Shown: positions 30,359 to 39,542, counted from the stretch's first letter. The stretch: 64,000 bases of DNA from Nanobdellota archaeon (GCA_051819685.1 JBNJGI010000001.1:18-64017); one strand, 5' to 3'. A program made the numbers and translations. Notes: generated from the letters alone by a model not told the origin.

Positions 30359-30786
30359 TGACTTGCTTCTTTAGTTCCTTCATTCACATTCACTTTAGGT
30401 AATGGAATTGGACTTGGAAGATTCATCTCTTTGCTTAATACAAGAGCTTCAACATTAGATCTACTCAAAATAGCATTCATGACCGGTTGAATGAAATCTT
30501 TAGGAATCTTTTTATCCTTTTTCCATTCAGCCATGATAGCATCGATTTTTTCAGGAGGAAGCATGTACATAATCTCTCCTTCCAGATTTATAGTAGCGAC
30601 GCTTGGTTCATATTTAGATTCAAATTTGAAAACGACTTTTATACATTTATTCTTATCATTTGAGAATGGTACTTTTTCTTCTGAAACATCAGAAATACCT
30701 ACATTGTTTGAAATATTAAGTTTGCCTTTTTTGCTTCCTGTCCTTTCGACGGAAATTTTATTGAAATTAAATCCTATTACAGTCAT
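30355..30786 (-). CDS. Hypothetical protein (possible SecB-like fold)
   Basis: 143-aa ORF coupled to cmk; ends LSKEMNLPSPIPLPKV. Confidence 0.6.
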   Translation of the reverse strand: MTVIGFNFNKISVERTGSKKGKLNISNNVGISDVSEEKVPFSNDKNKCIKVVFKFESKYEPSVATINLEGEIMYMLPPEKIDAIMAEWKKDKKIPKDFIQPVMNAILSRSNVEALVLSKEMNLPSPIPLPKVNVNEGTKEASQ

Positions 30787-30794
30787 TTTTACAC

Positions 30795-31199
30795 CTATTG
30801 TTCTTTATTTTCGCTCTCTGAACTTTCTTCATCCTCTTTCTTTTCTTCAAAAAGAGGTTGAGAACCATATTTTAAAGGTTTTAGATTGATTTGTGAAGTA
30901 TTTTCACCTATTGTGTTTCCGGCTACGCTTTTTCTTATTTTAGCTCCTTTAGCTTTCCTTTTAACTCCAACGCCTTCAACAGCAAGGATTTTTGATCTTC
31001 TTGCACCTTCAACATCTTTTCTCATAGCAGTTCCTATTTTATCGCTTCCACCAGTTATTTCAAATTCATAACCAGGTAACTCTAAAATATCGCCTTTTAT
31101 ATTAGAACCGATTTTGTAACCATAAAGAGGTTTAGCACTTTCTAATTCCTTCTGTAAACATTTACCTTCTTTACTTCCGATAACAATTTTTACTGCCAT
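30795..31199 (-). CDS. rps6e: 30S ribosomal protein S6e
   Basis: EITGGSDKIG..MRKDVEG..RKSVAGN..QINLK. Confidence 0.93.
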   Translation of the reverse strand: MAVKIVIGSKEGKCLQKELESAKPLYGYKIGSNIKGDILELPGYEFEITGGSDKIGTAMRKDVEGARRSKILAVEGVGVKRKAKGAKIRKSVAGNTIGENTSQINLKPLKYGSQPLFEEKKEDEESSESENKEQ

Positions 31200-31244
31200 A
31201 TTATTAAGCAAAAAATATTTCTATTTATAAAGCTTTTTGTTATT

Positions 31245-31304
31245 TAGTCTGAACATTAGATTTTTTTATTTTTATATTACCTTGCAGAAAATTCATAAAT
31301 TTGC
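31245..31304 (+). mobile_element. Degenerate MITE B left arm
   Basis: TAGTCTGAACATTAGATT..TTTATATTACCTTGCAGAAAATTCATAAATTTG. Confidence 0.6.
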
Positions 31305-31437
31305 TTTTATATTAAAAAGCAGTTTAATTATAAATCTAATTAAAGTTAAATTTCTGTTAATTCCAATTATCATTTATAAATATATTATCTTAAAAACAAA
31401 AAACATAAAAATAACTTATTAACTTTAGCAAATTACA

Positions 31438-31617
31438 ATGGCTGAAGAAGATACAATGCCGGACGATATAGAGAGCGATGAAGTGCTGAATGAACAAGTA
31501 GATAATTCAGAAATTTCATCTGAAGAAGAAGGTTTCCTTAGTGGTTATAATGAAGAATCTGAACCTGATAGATCTGACGAAGAAGGTCTTGAGGATGACG
31601 AAAGATTAGAAGGATAA
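31438..31617 (+). CDS. 59-aa highly acidic protein (not in ORF track)
   Basis: MAEEDTMPDDIESDEVLNEQVDNSEISSEEEGFLSGYNEESEPDRSDEEGLEDDERLEG*. Confidence 0.7.
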   Translation: MAEEDTMPDDIESDEVLNEQVDNSEISSEEEGFLSGYNEESEPDRSDEEGLEDDERLEG

Positions 31618-31639
31618 ATATTAAAAATAAAAAATAATA

Positions 31640-31966
31640 TTAAATTTTCTTCAAAAGTTCTTCAAGATCATTTTTAAGTTGTTCCTTAGGTCTAAAACCA
31701 ACAAGCCTATCGATTTCTTTCCCATTTTTCATCAAGATAAGGCAAGGGATTCCTTGAATTTCATATTTTGAAGCAAGATCGCTTGATTTTTCTGTGTCAA
31801 TCTTTACGAACTTAACTCTACCTTCAAATTCTTTACTGGCTTCTTCAAAAGCAGGAGCCATCATCATGCAAGGTCCGCACCATGAAGCCCAGAAATCTGC
31901 AAGAACTGGTAGATTCTCATTAATTACTTCCTTCTCAAAATTTTCATTATTAATTTCTGTAACCAT
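31640..31966 (-). CDS. trxA: Thioredoxin
   Basis: FWASWCGPC; AGGTGA RBS before MVTE. Confidence 0.95.
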   Translation of the reverse strand: MVTEINNENFEKEVINENLPVLADFWASWCGPCMMMAPAFEEASKEFEGRVKFVKIDTEKSSDLASKYEIQGIPCLILMKNGKEIDRLVGFRPKEQLKNDLEELLKKI

Positions 31967-32039
31967 ATTTATCACCTAAAAAGATTGACTAAAGAACTAT
32001 TTATAAATTATATGAAAAATTAAAATAAAAAATTAATTA

Positions 32040-32531
32040 TTAACTACTGGTTCTTTCACCTTCCAGTCTATTACCATCACCATCGAATGTGTATTGTGCA
32101 TTATTATCCACATTAGTATATTCAACATCCAATGTATAAGAGTACCTTTCACCTGGGTTAGCTACATCAAGTGTTTGATTTGTAAAAACAAACTCTCCAA
32201 TATCACCTTGTGCAAGTGTTGGATTATATGAAGCATTTGTAACAGTTGTTCCTTCTGCATTACTTAAGGACACACTTGTAATCTTTATTGTATTAGGCAT
32301 ATTATTTGTTAGCTTTAAGCTTACATTTGTCGCATTTGCAGGTACTGTCATACTAGCTACACCTATTTTAGCTGTTTTCCAATAAGTTGATCGTGAACCA
32401 GCTTTTGCGCCTCCACCAATACTTGGAATTCCTCCTAGAACAGCAACAACAATTAAAGCTATCACTATTACAACAGCCAGAATAATTAGATATTCAGTTG
32501 CTGTTTGACTTTTTCTTTTTTTCATAAACAT
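32040..32531 (-). CDS. Archaeal type IV pilin-like protein
   Basis: KKRKSQTATEYLIILAVVIVIALIVV with +5 Glu. Confidence 0.85.
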   Translation of the reverse strand: MFMKKRKSQTATEYLIILAVVIVIALIVVAVLGGIPSIGGGAKAGSRSTYWKTAKIGVASMTVPANATNVSLKLTNNMPNTIKITSVSLSNAEGTTVTNASYNPTLAQGDIGEFVFTNQTLDVANPGERYSYTLDVEYTNVDNNAQYTFDGDGNRLEGERTSS

Positions 32532-32685
32532 TTTTAAACCTCTAAGTTCTTAAACAATCGTGGAATATTTAATTTATAAATTTTTCTCTAAATCGGGCTT
32601 TGCGTATCATAAAAATCCCATATTATCGGTAATATTTTTCTTTGATTTTTAAAATTTGAATTTACAATAAAAAATGCCTTTAATT

Positions 32686-32797
32686 GACATATAAACTAAA
32701 ATAAGTGATAATAATACCTTGAAAGCGCAAATTTAATCAAGTTCATAAGAAGAAGAATTGAAAAATTGTTTGCAATATGACTCATTTTTTTAGTGTT
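32686..32797 (+). mobile_element. Internally deleted MITE A
   Basis: AAGTGATAATAATACCTTGAA joined to AGCGCAAATTTAATCAAGTTC..TGCAATATGACTCATTTTT. Confidence 0.7.
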
Positions 32798-32830
32798 ACT
32801 CTGAATAAAACTTTTATAGATTAAAAATAT

Positions 32831-33736
32831 TTATTTTAAAGGAATTCTCATCAAATCATAACTTAAAATTGTTTCTGGAAAAATGTTCCCAGCTTCTTCT
32901 AGTAAGCTATTAAGATCATCATATCTTTGAGAAAAATGAAAAAGAACTAGTTTTTTCGAATTGCTCATTGAAGCTATCTGAGCTGCCTGTCTTGAAGTCA
33001 TATGGAAATAACTTTCAGCTCTGTCTTCATGCTTTTCTTCATAAGTGGCTTCAGAAATAATAATATCGCTTTTTTCAGCAAGATCAATAATCTTCTTATT
33101 AAACAATGTATCACTTATATAACTTAATTTCTTACCCCTAATCCTGGTTGTATAATCATCGGATTTAAGTTTTTTATCATTGAAAAATATATCCTTGCCA
33201 TTTTGAAGATCAGACCATAAATGTCCTTCAGGCACACCCAAACTTTTCAAATCTTTTGTTTTCATCCTTCTTTTATCCTTTTCTATCAAAGAAAATCCAA
33301 GACATGGGGCTCCATGATCAAGGTTCATAGCCTGGACAATAAAATCATCTGATTTCAATATAGTTCTCACATCAGGACAATTCAATTCATGTACTTTAAT
33401 ATTAACTTTATTTTCAAAAATTGAGGAACTCATTAGATTAGCGAAAAACTTCTCAGTTCCAGTAGGACCATAAACATCAAGCTGTGGATTGTCGCTATCA
33501 AAACCCATAGTCTGTATAAGCCCTGCTAAACCTGATGTATGATCAGCATGCCAATGTGAAATAAATATATATCTCACTTTACCCCTTTTTATCCCTGCAA
33601 TATTCATCTGTCTCTGAGTACCTTCCCCACAATCAAAAAGAATTCCTTTCCCTTTAATTTCAGCATAAGTAGAAGAAACATTCCTTTCTTTTGTCGGAAC
33701 CATACATGCAGTGCCTAAAATAGTTATATCAATCAT
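32831..33736 (-). CDS. rnz: Ribonuclease Z
   Basis: LGT..PTKERN, FDCGEGTQRQ, SHWHADH, EATY, HFSQRY. Confidence 0.95.
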   Translation of the reverse strand: MIDITILGTACMVPTKERNVSSTYAEIKGKGILFDCGEGTQRQMNIAGIKRGKVRYIFISHWHADHTSGLAGLIQTMGFDSDNPQLDVYGPTGTEKFFANLMSSSIFENKVNIKVHELNCPDVRTILKSDDFIVQAMNLDHGAPCLGFSLIEKDKRRMKTKDLKSLGVPEGHLWSDLQNGKDIFFNDKKLKSDDYTTRIRGKKLSYISDTLFNKKIIDLAEKSDIIISEATYEEKHEDRAESYFHMTSRQAAQIASMSNSKKLVLFHFSQRYDDLNSLLEEAGNIFPETILSYDLMRIPLK

Positions 33737-33941
33737 TTTTTTCTAAAGCTAAAATAATATCTTTTTTCATAATAGTGTTTCTTTTTCCATAACGCGCAAA
33801 ACCAGAAGCTTTTCTGATAATTTCTTTTGTCCAACTTTCAAGTTCTTCTCGCAGAACTTCCTTAGAATCTTCTGAAACTATTTCAGCACCTGCTTCTCTG
33901 ATAATCCTTTCCATCGACGCCAAAGGAATTTTTTTCACCAT
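33729..33941 (-). CDS. Archaeal histone
   Basis: IPLASMERIIREAGAEIVS..KRNTIMKKDI histone fold. Confidence 0.88.
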   Translation of the reverse strand: MVKKIPLASMERIIREAGAEIVSEDSKEVLREELESWTKEIIRKASGFARYGKRNTIMKKDIILALEKND

Positions 33942-34041
33942 AACATAAGATTAATCTTATATTTTAAAAAATTAATGAATTCAAGATAAATAAATGCTAC
34001 ATAACTTAAAGTAAATTTTATATTCGCTATAAAATATTTAT

Positions 34042-34824
34042 TCATCCTTTATATAATTTAGCGGGCGAAATAAAAGTGATATAGACAAAAAATGCTAAAG
34101 CGCTCAGGATTATACTCATAAAAATAGGTATTATTCCACTGGAAAAGAATAAAATAAGAACATTAATGATATAGAAAACTACTGTAAAAACAGTGAAACT
34201 CACAGGGCCCATAATTAAACAACTTCCGAAACTAGGGGGAAATTCTTTTACAAAATAAAAAATGACAGCTTCAAGAGGGAAAAGACTCCATGCAGAAACA
34301 ACCACTGAAGTTAAAACAATCCTGAAAGCAAGATTTTCAGGCAGGAAAAATTTAATCATTGTAACAAAAAAGAACATAGAAAACAAACTCCAAAAAACAA
34401 TATAAGCTCTTTTTCTATAAGGAGAATAACCATGTATATATTTACCTAATTGTAAACTCTCAATCATTTTAAGATCAAACCCTCCTGGTAAAAGAAAAAC
34501 TGAAAAACCATTCGTTATAAATGTAATAAACACATTAGTTACAAGACCTAATTTCCACATACGGTAATCCAGCCTGTAACCAAATCTGATAGATGCGAAT
34601 TTACCTCCCAAAAGCATAAAAAATAAAGTCAAAAAGGAAAAAACAGAAAAAATAAACCAATTAGTCAAACCTGCTAAAGGATTATATGAATTCTCACCCC
34701 ATTTTCTAAAACTAAATATAAAACCGAAAACAATAGAAACAATTATCATTCTTAAAAGTTCTTTAAAAGAAAAGTTTCCGAATTTCCTGAAACCGCTTAA
34801 AAAACTATTATATGTGAACCTCAT
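34042..34824 (-). CDS. Multipass membrane protein, probably degenerate M50 peptidase homolog
   Basis: Hydrophobic; follows TraB; no HExxH. Confidence 0.55.
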   Translation of the reverse strand: MRFTYNSFLSGFRKFGNFSFKELLRMIIVSIVFGFIFSFRKWGENSYNPLAGLTNWFIFSVFSFLTLFFMLLGGKFASIRFGYRLDYRMWKLGLVTNVFITFITNGFSVFLLPGGFDLKMIESLQLGKYIHGYSPYRKRAYIVFWSLFSMFFFVTMIKFFLPENLAFRIVLTSVVVSAWSLFPLEAVIFYFVKEFPPSFGSCLIMGPVSFTVFTVVFYIINVLILFFSSGIIPIFMSIILSALAFFVYITFISPAKLYKG

Positions 34825-34826
34825 AT

Positions 34827-35537
34827 TTATAACCTATCTATTAAATTAAGCTTTTTATTTATAATTTTATCCATTTCTTCCTTATGTCCTGCACCTACAA
34901 CTATAAGAACTCTGCTTTCAGGATATTTTTTTATTATATTGACAATTCTTCGTGACATTACATGATTTCTATCTTCTACTAAAGCCTTATGCATCCCTGG
35001 ATATCTTTTCTTTAACATACCTATTGCTTTCTTAATTATCTTTTTACTAGGAACCTTATTCAAATCCTTTATACCCATATTAAGTCCATAATTATCTCTC
35101 ATAGCTTTTTTAGGGAAAAAAATACCCTTAAAGACATCACACAGCATATTAAATATATCTCTTATACCTATACTTTTTGAAAGTTTCTTTAAAGTTATAC
35201 TTATATCCTGATCCACAAGAAAAATATTTTTATTTGCTTTTTTTGCTTCATTAAAAGCACTAAGCATATCATTACCTGGTATTATATTAAGCTTCTTACC
35301 TATCTTTTTCTGAAAATACTGGCCTATTTTTGCAAAAATAAAACCAAAAAAGCCTATCTTAAAGATAGCAGAAAAACCTATTTTTTTACTGCTTTTATTG
35401 ATAAGACCTGCCAATCTTGATTCATCAAGTTCGATACAAACGATATGAGGGTCAAAACCATCCATCTCATTTTTTATCTCTTTAACAGATTCTTTAGCTA
35501 CATGACTAGTCCCTATAATCTTAAAATTTGACTCCAT
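34827..35537 (-). CDS. TraB/PrgY family protein
   Basis: IIGTSHVA, VCIELDESR, LVEDRN, VVGAGH. Confidence 0.92.
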   Translation of the reverse strand: MESNFKIIGTSHVAKESVKEIKNEMDGFDPHIVCIELDESRLAGLINKSSKKIGFSAIFKIGFFGFIFAKIGQYFQKKIGKKLNIIPGNDMLSAFNEAKKANKNIFLVDQDISITLKKLSKSIGIRDIFNMLCDVFKGIFFPKKAMRDNYGLNMGIKDLNKVPSKKIIKKAIGMLKKRYPGMHKALVEDRNHVMSRRIVNIIKKYPESRVLIVVGAGHKEEMDKIINKKLNLIDRL

Positions 35538-35580
35538 AAAATATTATATGCTTTCGTTTTTTAAAAAACTATTCTTTTAA

Positions 35581-35807
35581 TAGTAGGCGACATAAGATTG
35601 TTATATTTTTATATTGCCTTGCAGAAAAACCCGAAATTTGACTAGACTAATTCTGTCAAATATTAACAATTATAACAAAATGAGTAATGATATTGTTATT
35701 TGAGTTATGAGTTTACAGTTATAAGTCTTAAAATCAAAACTAATTTACTCAATCGCCCTGAGGGATTAATATTAGTTCGCAATATCACTAATTTTTGTAG
35801 ATGCGCT
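35581..35807 (+). mobile_element. MITE B left arm plus MITE A variant (about 35665-35807)
   Basis: 35581-35664 nearly identical to 26731-26814; A right end TTCGCAATATCACTAATTTTTGTAGATGCGCT. Confidence 0.85.
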
Positions 35808-36320
35808 CTTTTGATAATCTGGTGTAGATAGTATTTCTTCAAATCTGTTCAAAGGGATTTTTCTTTCAAGATTTGCAGGTAAAGAGGTCACTATTATTTT
35901 TCTATCATCAGATTCTTTTTCTGCTAAAATCAAAGGCAAACCTAAATCAAAATTATCCCTTATACCTTTAAAAGACATAGTTTTATGTGTAATATAATGC
36001 CATGGCATGAATTTTTTTGAAAAATTTTGGACTAATTCATCAAAACTTCGATAACCATCATTCCCATTAATTAACTCATCATATAAATTAGATAAATTAC
36101 TTCCTGGAAAAGGTTCATCATTAGGAGTTACAATTGATTTAATTCTAATTTCAGGATCACCTGGTCTTGAAATCCTTTCATCAAGGTAAGATATCATCTT
36201 TTTTCCGCTCAATAAAAGACTTAATTTCGTTTTATGGAAATCATATAAACTACTTTCATATAAATCAGCATTTTGTAGAAAAGTATCGACGGATTCGTTT
36301 AAAAGTATCTTATTATCCAT
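35772..36320 (-). CDS. Hypothetical protein; last 11 codons and stop come from MITE A
   Basis: 182-aa ORF; SASTKISDIAN* is encoded by 35772-35807. Confidence 0.65.
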   Translation of the reverse strand: MDNKILLNESVDTFLQNADLYESSLYDFHKTKLSLLLSGKKMISYLDERISRPGDPEIRIKSIVTPNDEPFPGSNLSNLYDELINGNDGYRSFDELVQNFSKKFMPWHYITHKTMSFKGIRDNFDLGLPLILAEKESDDRKIIVTSLPANLERKIPLNRFEEILSTPDYQKSASTKISDIAN

Positions 36321-36375
36321 TCAAAGTAAAAAAATAAATTAATTTAAAAAGTTTTTTATATTTATCACTGTATAG

Positions 36376-37317
36376 TTAAATATTTTTATAAGATTTTATT
36401 GTAGAATCTACCATATCTCTTATATTCTTTTTTGGAGACCAACCCAATATATCCTTAGCTTTTTTACTTGAAGCTAATATCTTAGCAGGATCCCCTTCCC
36501 TTCTGCTTTCAATTTTCAATTTAAAATCTTTTCCTGAAATTTCCTTGAAATATTTGACAAGCTCAAAAACTGAAAAACCTTCTTCACTACCAAGATTAAG
36601 AATACCATTATAACTATTTTCCAAAGCAAGTATATGTGCATCTACCAAATCAGAAATATGTATGTAATCTCTTATACAACTACCATCTTTAGTAGGATAA
36701 TCATTACCAAAGACACAAAACTCCTCTTTCTTACCTTCAATAGTTTCCATAATGATAGGAAATACATTCTTTGCATCAGGATCCTGATAACCTAACTCAT
36801 CACCTGCAACATTGAAATACCTTAAACAACAAAAGCTTAACTTATGAATCTTATTATACCAATCTATGATTTTTTCACATTCAAGCTTAGTAAAACCATA
36901 AAAATTAATCGGATTAGTTAAAGAATCTTCATCAAGTACATTATCGCTATCACCATAAACTCCTGCTGAAGAAGAGAATATAAACCTTTTAACATTAAAA
37001 TCAACACACATATTAAGAAGATTTAAAGTCCCTTTTATATTATCCGAATACTTCACTGCATTTTTCATACTCTCTCCTGCTGCTTTATAAGCTGCAAAAT
37101 GTATAACAGCATCAAAATCTTCATAATTAAAAACATCCCTTAAACCAGATTCATCACAAAGGTCTGCATGAAAAAAAACTGCCCTTTTATCTATTAAATC
37201 TTTATTGCCTTTATACAGATTATCAATAACAAACACCTTATAACCTTTATCTGCCAATCTTTTCACAGCAACAGATCCTATATATCCTGCTCCTCCCGTA
37301 ACAAGTATCTTTTCCAT
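36376..37317 (-). CDS. galE: UDP-glucose 4-epimerase
   Basis: VTGGAGYIGS, FSSSAGVYG, YGFTK, LRYFNVAG, RDYIH. Confidence 0.95.
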   Translation of the reverse strand: MEKILVTGGAGYIGSVAVKRLADKGYKVFVIDNLYKGNKDLIDKRAVFFHADLCDESGLRDVFNYEDFDAVIHFAAYKAAGESMKNAVKYSDNIKGTLNLLNMCVDFNVKRFIFSSSAGVYGDSDNVLDEDSLTNPINFYGFTKLECEKIIDWYNKIHKLSFCCLRYFNVAGDELGYQDPDAKNVFPIIMETIEGKKEEFCVFGNDYPTKDGSCIRDYIHISDLVDAHILALENSYNGILNLGSEEGFSVFELVKYFKEISGKDFKLKIESRREGDPAKILASSKKAKDILGWSPKKNIRDMVDSTIKSYKNI

Positions 37318-37331
37318 TATGTAATTTTTAA

Positions 37332-37604
37332 TCAAAGTTTATTGATCTTTTCTAAAAGAGCTTTGAATATAATCGCTGAGGATCTATTCCCTGCTTTTAT
37401 TCCTTTAATTCCATCCCTTATTTCATAAGCATCTTTTTTCTTTATATCTTTTATTGAATTCAAAATATCATTAATTTTTTTCTCTATAATAATTATTTCT
37501 TCGACTTCTTTTTTAGATGGTAATTGATCCGAATTTAATTTTGATACAAAATGATCTAACTTATTGAATTCTGTTTTCAATTCATTTTTCAATTTATTTT
37601 CCAT
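37332..37604 (-). CDS. Hypothetical helical protein
   Basis: 90-aa ORF with TATA-like sequence upstream, co-oriented with galE. Confidence 0.55.
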   Translation of the reverse strand: MENKLKNELKTEFNKLDHFVSKLNSDQLPSKKEVEEIIIIEKKINDILNSIKDIKKKDAYEIRDGIKGIKAGNRSSAIIFKALLEKINKL

Positions 37605-37651
37605 TTTATATAAAATAATTTAAAACTGACTTATAAATATTTTGAACATTT

Positions 37652-37884
37652 GAAACATAAAAATAAATAAGGAAGGATATTACTTTGAAATAAATTTTGG
37701 GTTTGCGATAAAAAATGGAACTAGTTACAATAGTGCAAATTCAATCAAGTTCACCCGGAGGAACTAGCATTTGTTCGCAACATCACTCATTTTTATAGAT
37801 GTGCTTAAATTTCGTAATAGTTAAACCATTATTGTTTAATTATCCTGCGCCATATAAAATATACTTTATTTATGTTGTCTACTA
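37652..37884 (+). mobile_element. MITE A (37652-37805) plus MITE B right arm (37806-37884)
   Basis: 37770-37884 nearly identical to 27095-27209. Confidence 0.85.
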
Positions 37885-37932
37885 TTTTATGGATAATTTT
37901 TTAAAGGTAAGTTTTTTCAGAAAGTTTGATTT

Positions 37933-38062
37933 GCGGGGGTAGCAAAGTCTGGTCAAATGCGCAGGACTCAAGTAATTGAGTGATGAGCCGGAAGGCGATG
38001 ATTTTGCATTTGAGCAATCCTGTCTCTTAGTGAGTTCAAGGGTTCGAATCCCTTCCCCCGCA
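37933..38062 (+). tRNA. tRNA-Leu(CAA) with 44-nt intron at 37/38 (37973-38016)
   Basis: Acceptor GCGGGGG/CCCCCGC-A; anticodon arm CAGGA-CT-CAA-G..A-TCCTG; long variable arm; AAGGG-TTCGAAT-CCCTT; CTCAA/TTGAG pairing gives a BHB-like junction. Confidence 0.93.
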
Positions 38063-38267
38063 TTTTATTCTAAAATGCTTTGTCAGGTATTCGAACGTCT
38101 TCAGAATCAAAGATTCTTCGAGTTACTCGTAAACTCGTAACAATCCCTTCCCCCGCATGAACGAAGTGAAGAGGTGGAAGGTCAGGGAAAATACTTTTTC
38201 CCGCTACCTTCCCCCGCATTTTATTCTAAAATGCTTTGTCAGGTATTCGAACGTCTTCAGAATCAAA
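38051..38267 (+). repeat. Exact 61-bp direct repeat (38051-38111, 38207-38267) starting in the tRNA 3' end, plus a 17-bp third copy (38142-38158)
   Basis: CCTTCCCCCGCATTTTATTCTAAAATGCTTTGTCAGGTATTCGAACGTCTTCAGAATCAAA twice; AATCCCTTCCCCCGCAT between them. Confidence 0.92.
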
Positions 38268-38274
38268 ATAACTT

Positions 38275-38982
38275 CTATTTCTCAATTTCAAGTATTGCAT
38301 TAATCTCTTTATCTACAATAGCACACCCGTTAAGCTTCAAAGCCCATAAAATACCTTCAAGTATACCTTTATCGAAATCTTTCCTTTTTTGGAAATTAGA
38401 TAATTTATAGAAATCAAGAAGACCTTTTTCATATGCAATAGTTGCAAGCTCGCATGATCTTATCGCTCTGATAAAACCAACCTTTTTCTTTAAATTTTCA
38501 ATCATTTCAGTTTTTACATCTATCTTAGTATGAAGTTTTCTCTCAAGTCTTTTCTTTATCTTCAAAGGTGCTTCAATAAGATATCTAGTATTCCTTTCAT
38601 CAATAACAAGAGTCTTAATATCATATTTAATACAAGTAGCAATAGCTTCTGCTTCAGCGTAATGTACTATCTTTACAGCATTCCCTTTATTGAAAAAACA
38701 CTTATTAGCAATATCCAGTATTTCATTTGCTTTTTTAGAAATATCTTCATCATCTTTTTCGTCCACTATCTTTAAAATACCATTAGCAATATAAGGCATT
38801 ATCCTTATACTTTCAAACTTATATTTCTTAGTTTTCATAGGACGATCTATTATCTCTTTACTTACACTTTTAGGTATAATGAATTCACCATTGAAATTTT
38901 TCTTCAATGCTTCTAGAAGCCATTGGGAACCGCTCATAGTAAGACTTATAATAGGACCAGAATCAAAAACAATACCTCTCAT
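38275..38982 (-). CDS. PIN-domain protein (DUF3368/COG2405-like)
   Basis: VFDSGPIISL, IPKSVSKEI, AEAEAIA, LVIDERNTR. Confidence 0.75.
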   Translation of the reverse strand: MRGIVFDSGPIISLTMSGSQWLLEALKKNFNGEFIIPKSVSKEIIDRPMKTKKYKFESIRIMPYIANGILKIVDEKDDEDISKKANEILDIANKCFFNKGNAVKIVHYAEAEAIATCIKYDIKTLVIDERNTRYLIEAPLKIKKRLERKLHTKIDVKTEMIENLKKKVGFIRAIRSCELATIAYEKGLLDFYKLSNFQKRKDFDKGILEGILWALKLNGCAIVDKEINAILEIEK

Positions 38983-39542
38983 CTAAAAACCTCCCTCGCA
39001 TACTTCAATCTTATCTTTGTCCTTGTATCGACATCTTCAGGATAATCATTCATAGAAGATTTACCTATATAATCATAAAGTTCCCATTGTGAGACATTCA
39101 TACTATCAGCTGCCAAAGCCACACTCATACCATGATCATAAAGTCTGCTACCTTTTTTAACACCTGCTCTTTCTATAACATTCCCTATTTTCAGCTCTTC
39201 TCCATTTTTTATGATAAGTTTTATAATATCATTTGATTCAGATTCAAATTCTTTAATCTTACCTCTCAAAAGAAAATCGTGCATTTTTGTAAGGTGATTT
39301 ATGAAAGTACTTAAAGGCAAAGGTACATTTTTTTGTATTCCTATTCTTTCTAATTTAAAAATACCAAATATAATTTTTGATATACTAATAGAAATACTAT
39401 CTTGGAATGTTGTTGAACTATGGGTAAGTTCATTTGATATCTTTTCTAAAGAAAGAAGCTCATTATTTCTTATTGTCCTTATAGTTTTTTCAAGGACTTT
39501 CAGAGAATCTTCTACACTCAATCCTTTTTTTAGATAAGTCAT
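38979..39542 (-). CDS. Hypothetical protein with C-terminal UPF0175-like HTH
   Basis: LYDHGMSVALAADSMNVSQWELYDYI; ATGA-coupled to the PIN gene. Confidence 0.6.
   Translation of the reverse strand: MTYLKKGLSVEDSLKVLEKTIRTIRNNELLSLEKISNELTHSSTTFQDSISISISKIIFGIFKLERIGIQKNVPLPLSTFINHLTKMHDFLLRGKIKEFESESNDIIKLIIKNGEELKIGNVIERAGVKKGSRLYDHGMSVALAADSMNVSQWELYDYIGKSSMNDYPEDVDTRTKIRLKYAREVFR

Noticed and set aside
31237..31422. 61-aa ORF
   Set aside because: Low-complexity AT-rich sequence overlapping a MITE B remnant and promoters.
38051..38267. Mini CRISPR array
   Set aside because: Repeats are tRNA 3' ends of unequal length with irregular spacing; no cas genes.
38174..38410. 78-aa ORF after the tRNA
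   Set aside because: Made of the tRNA-end duplication and the antisense of the PIN gene.
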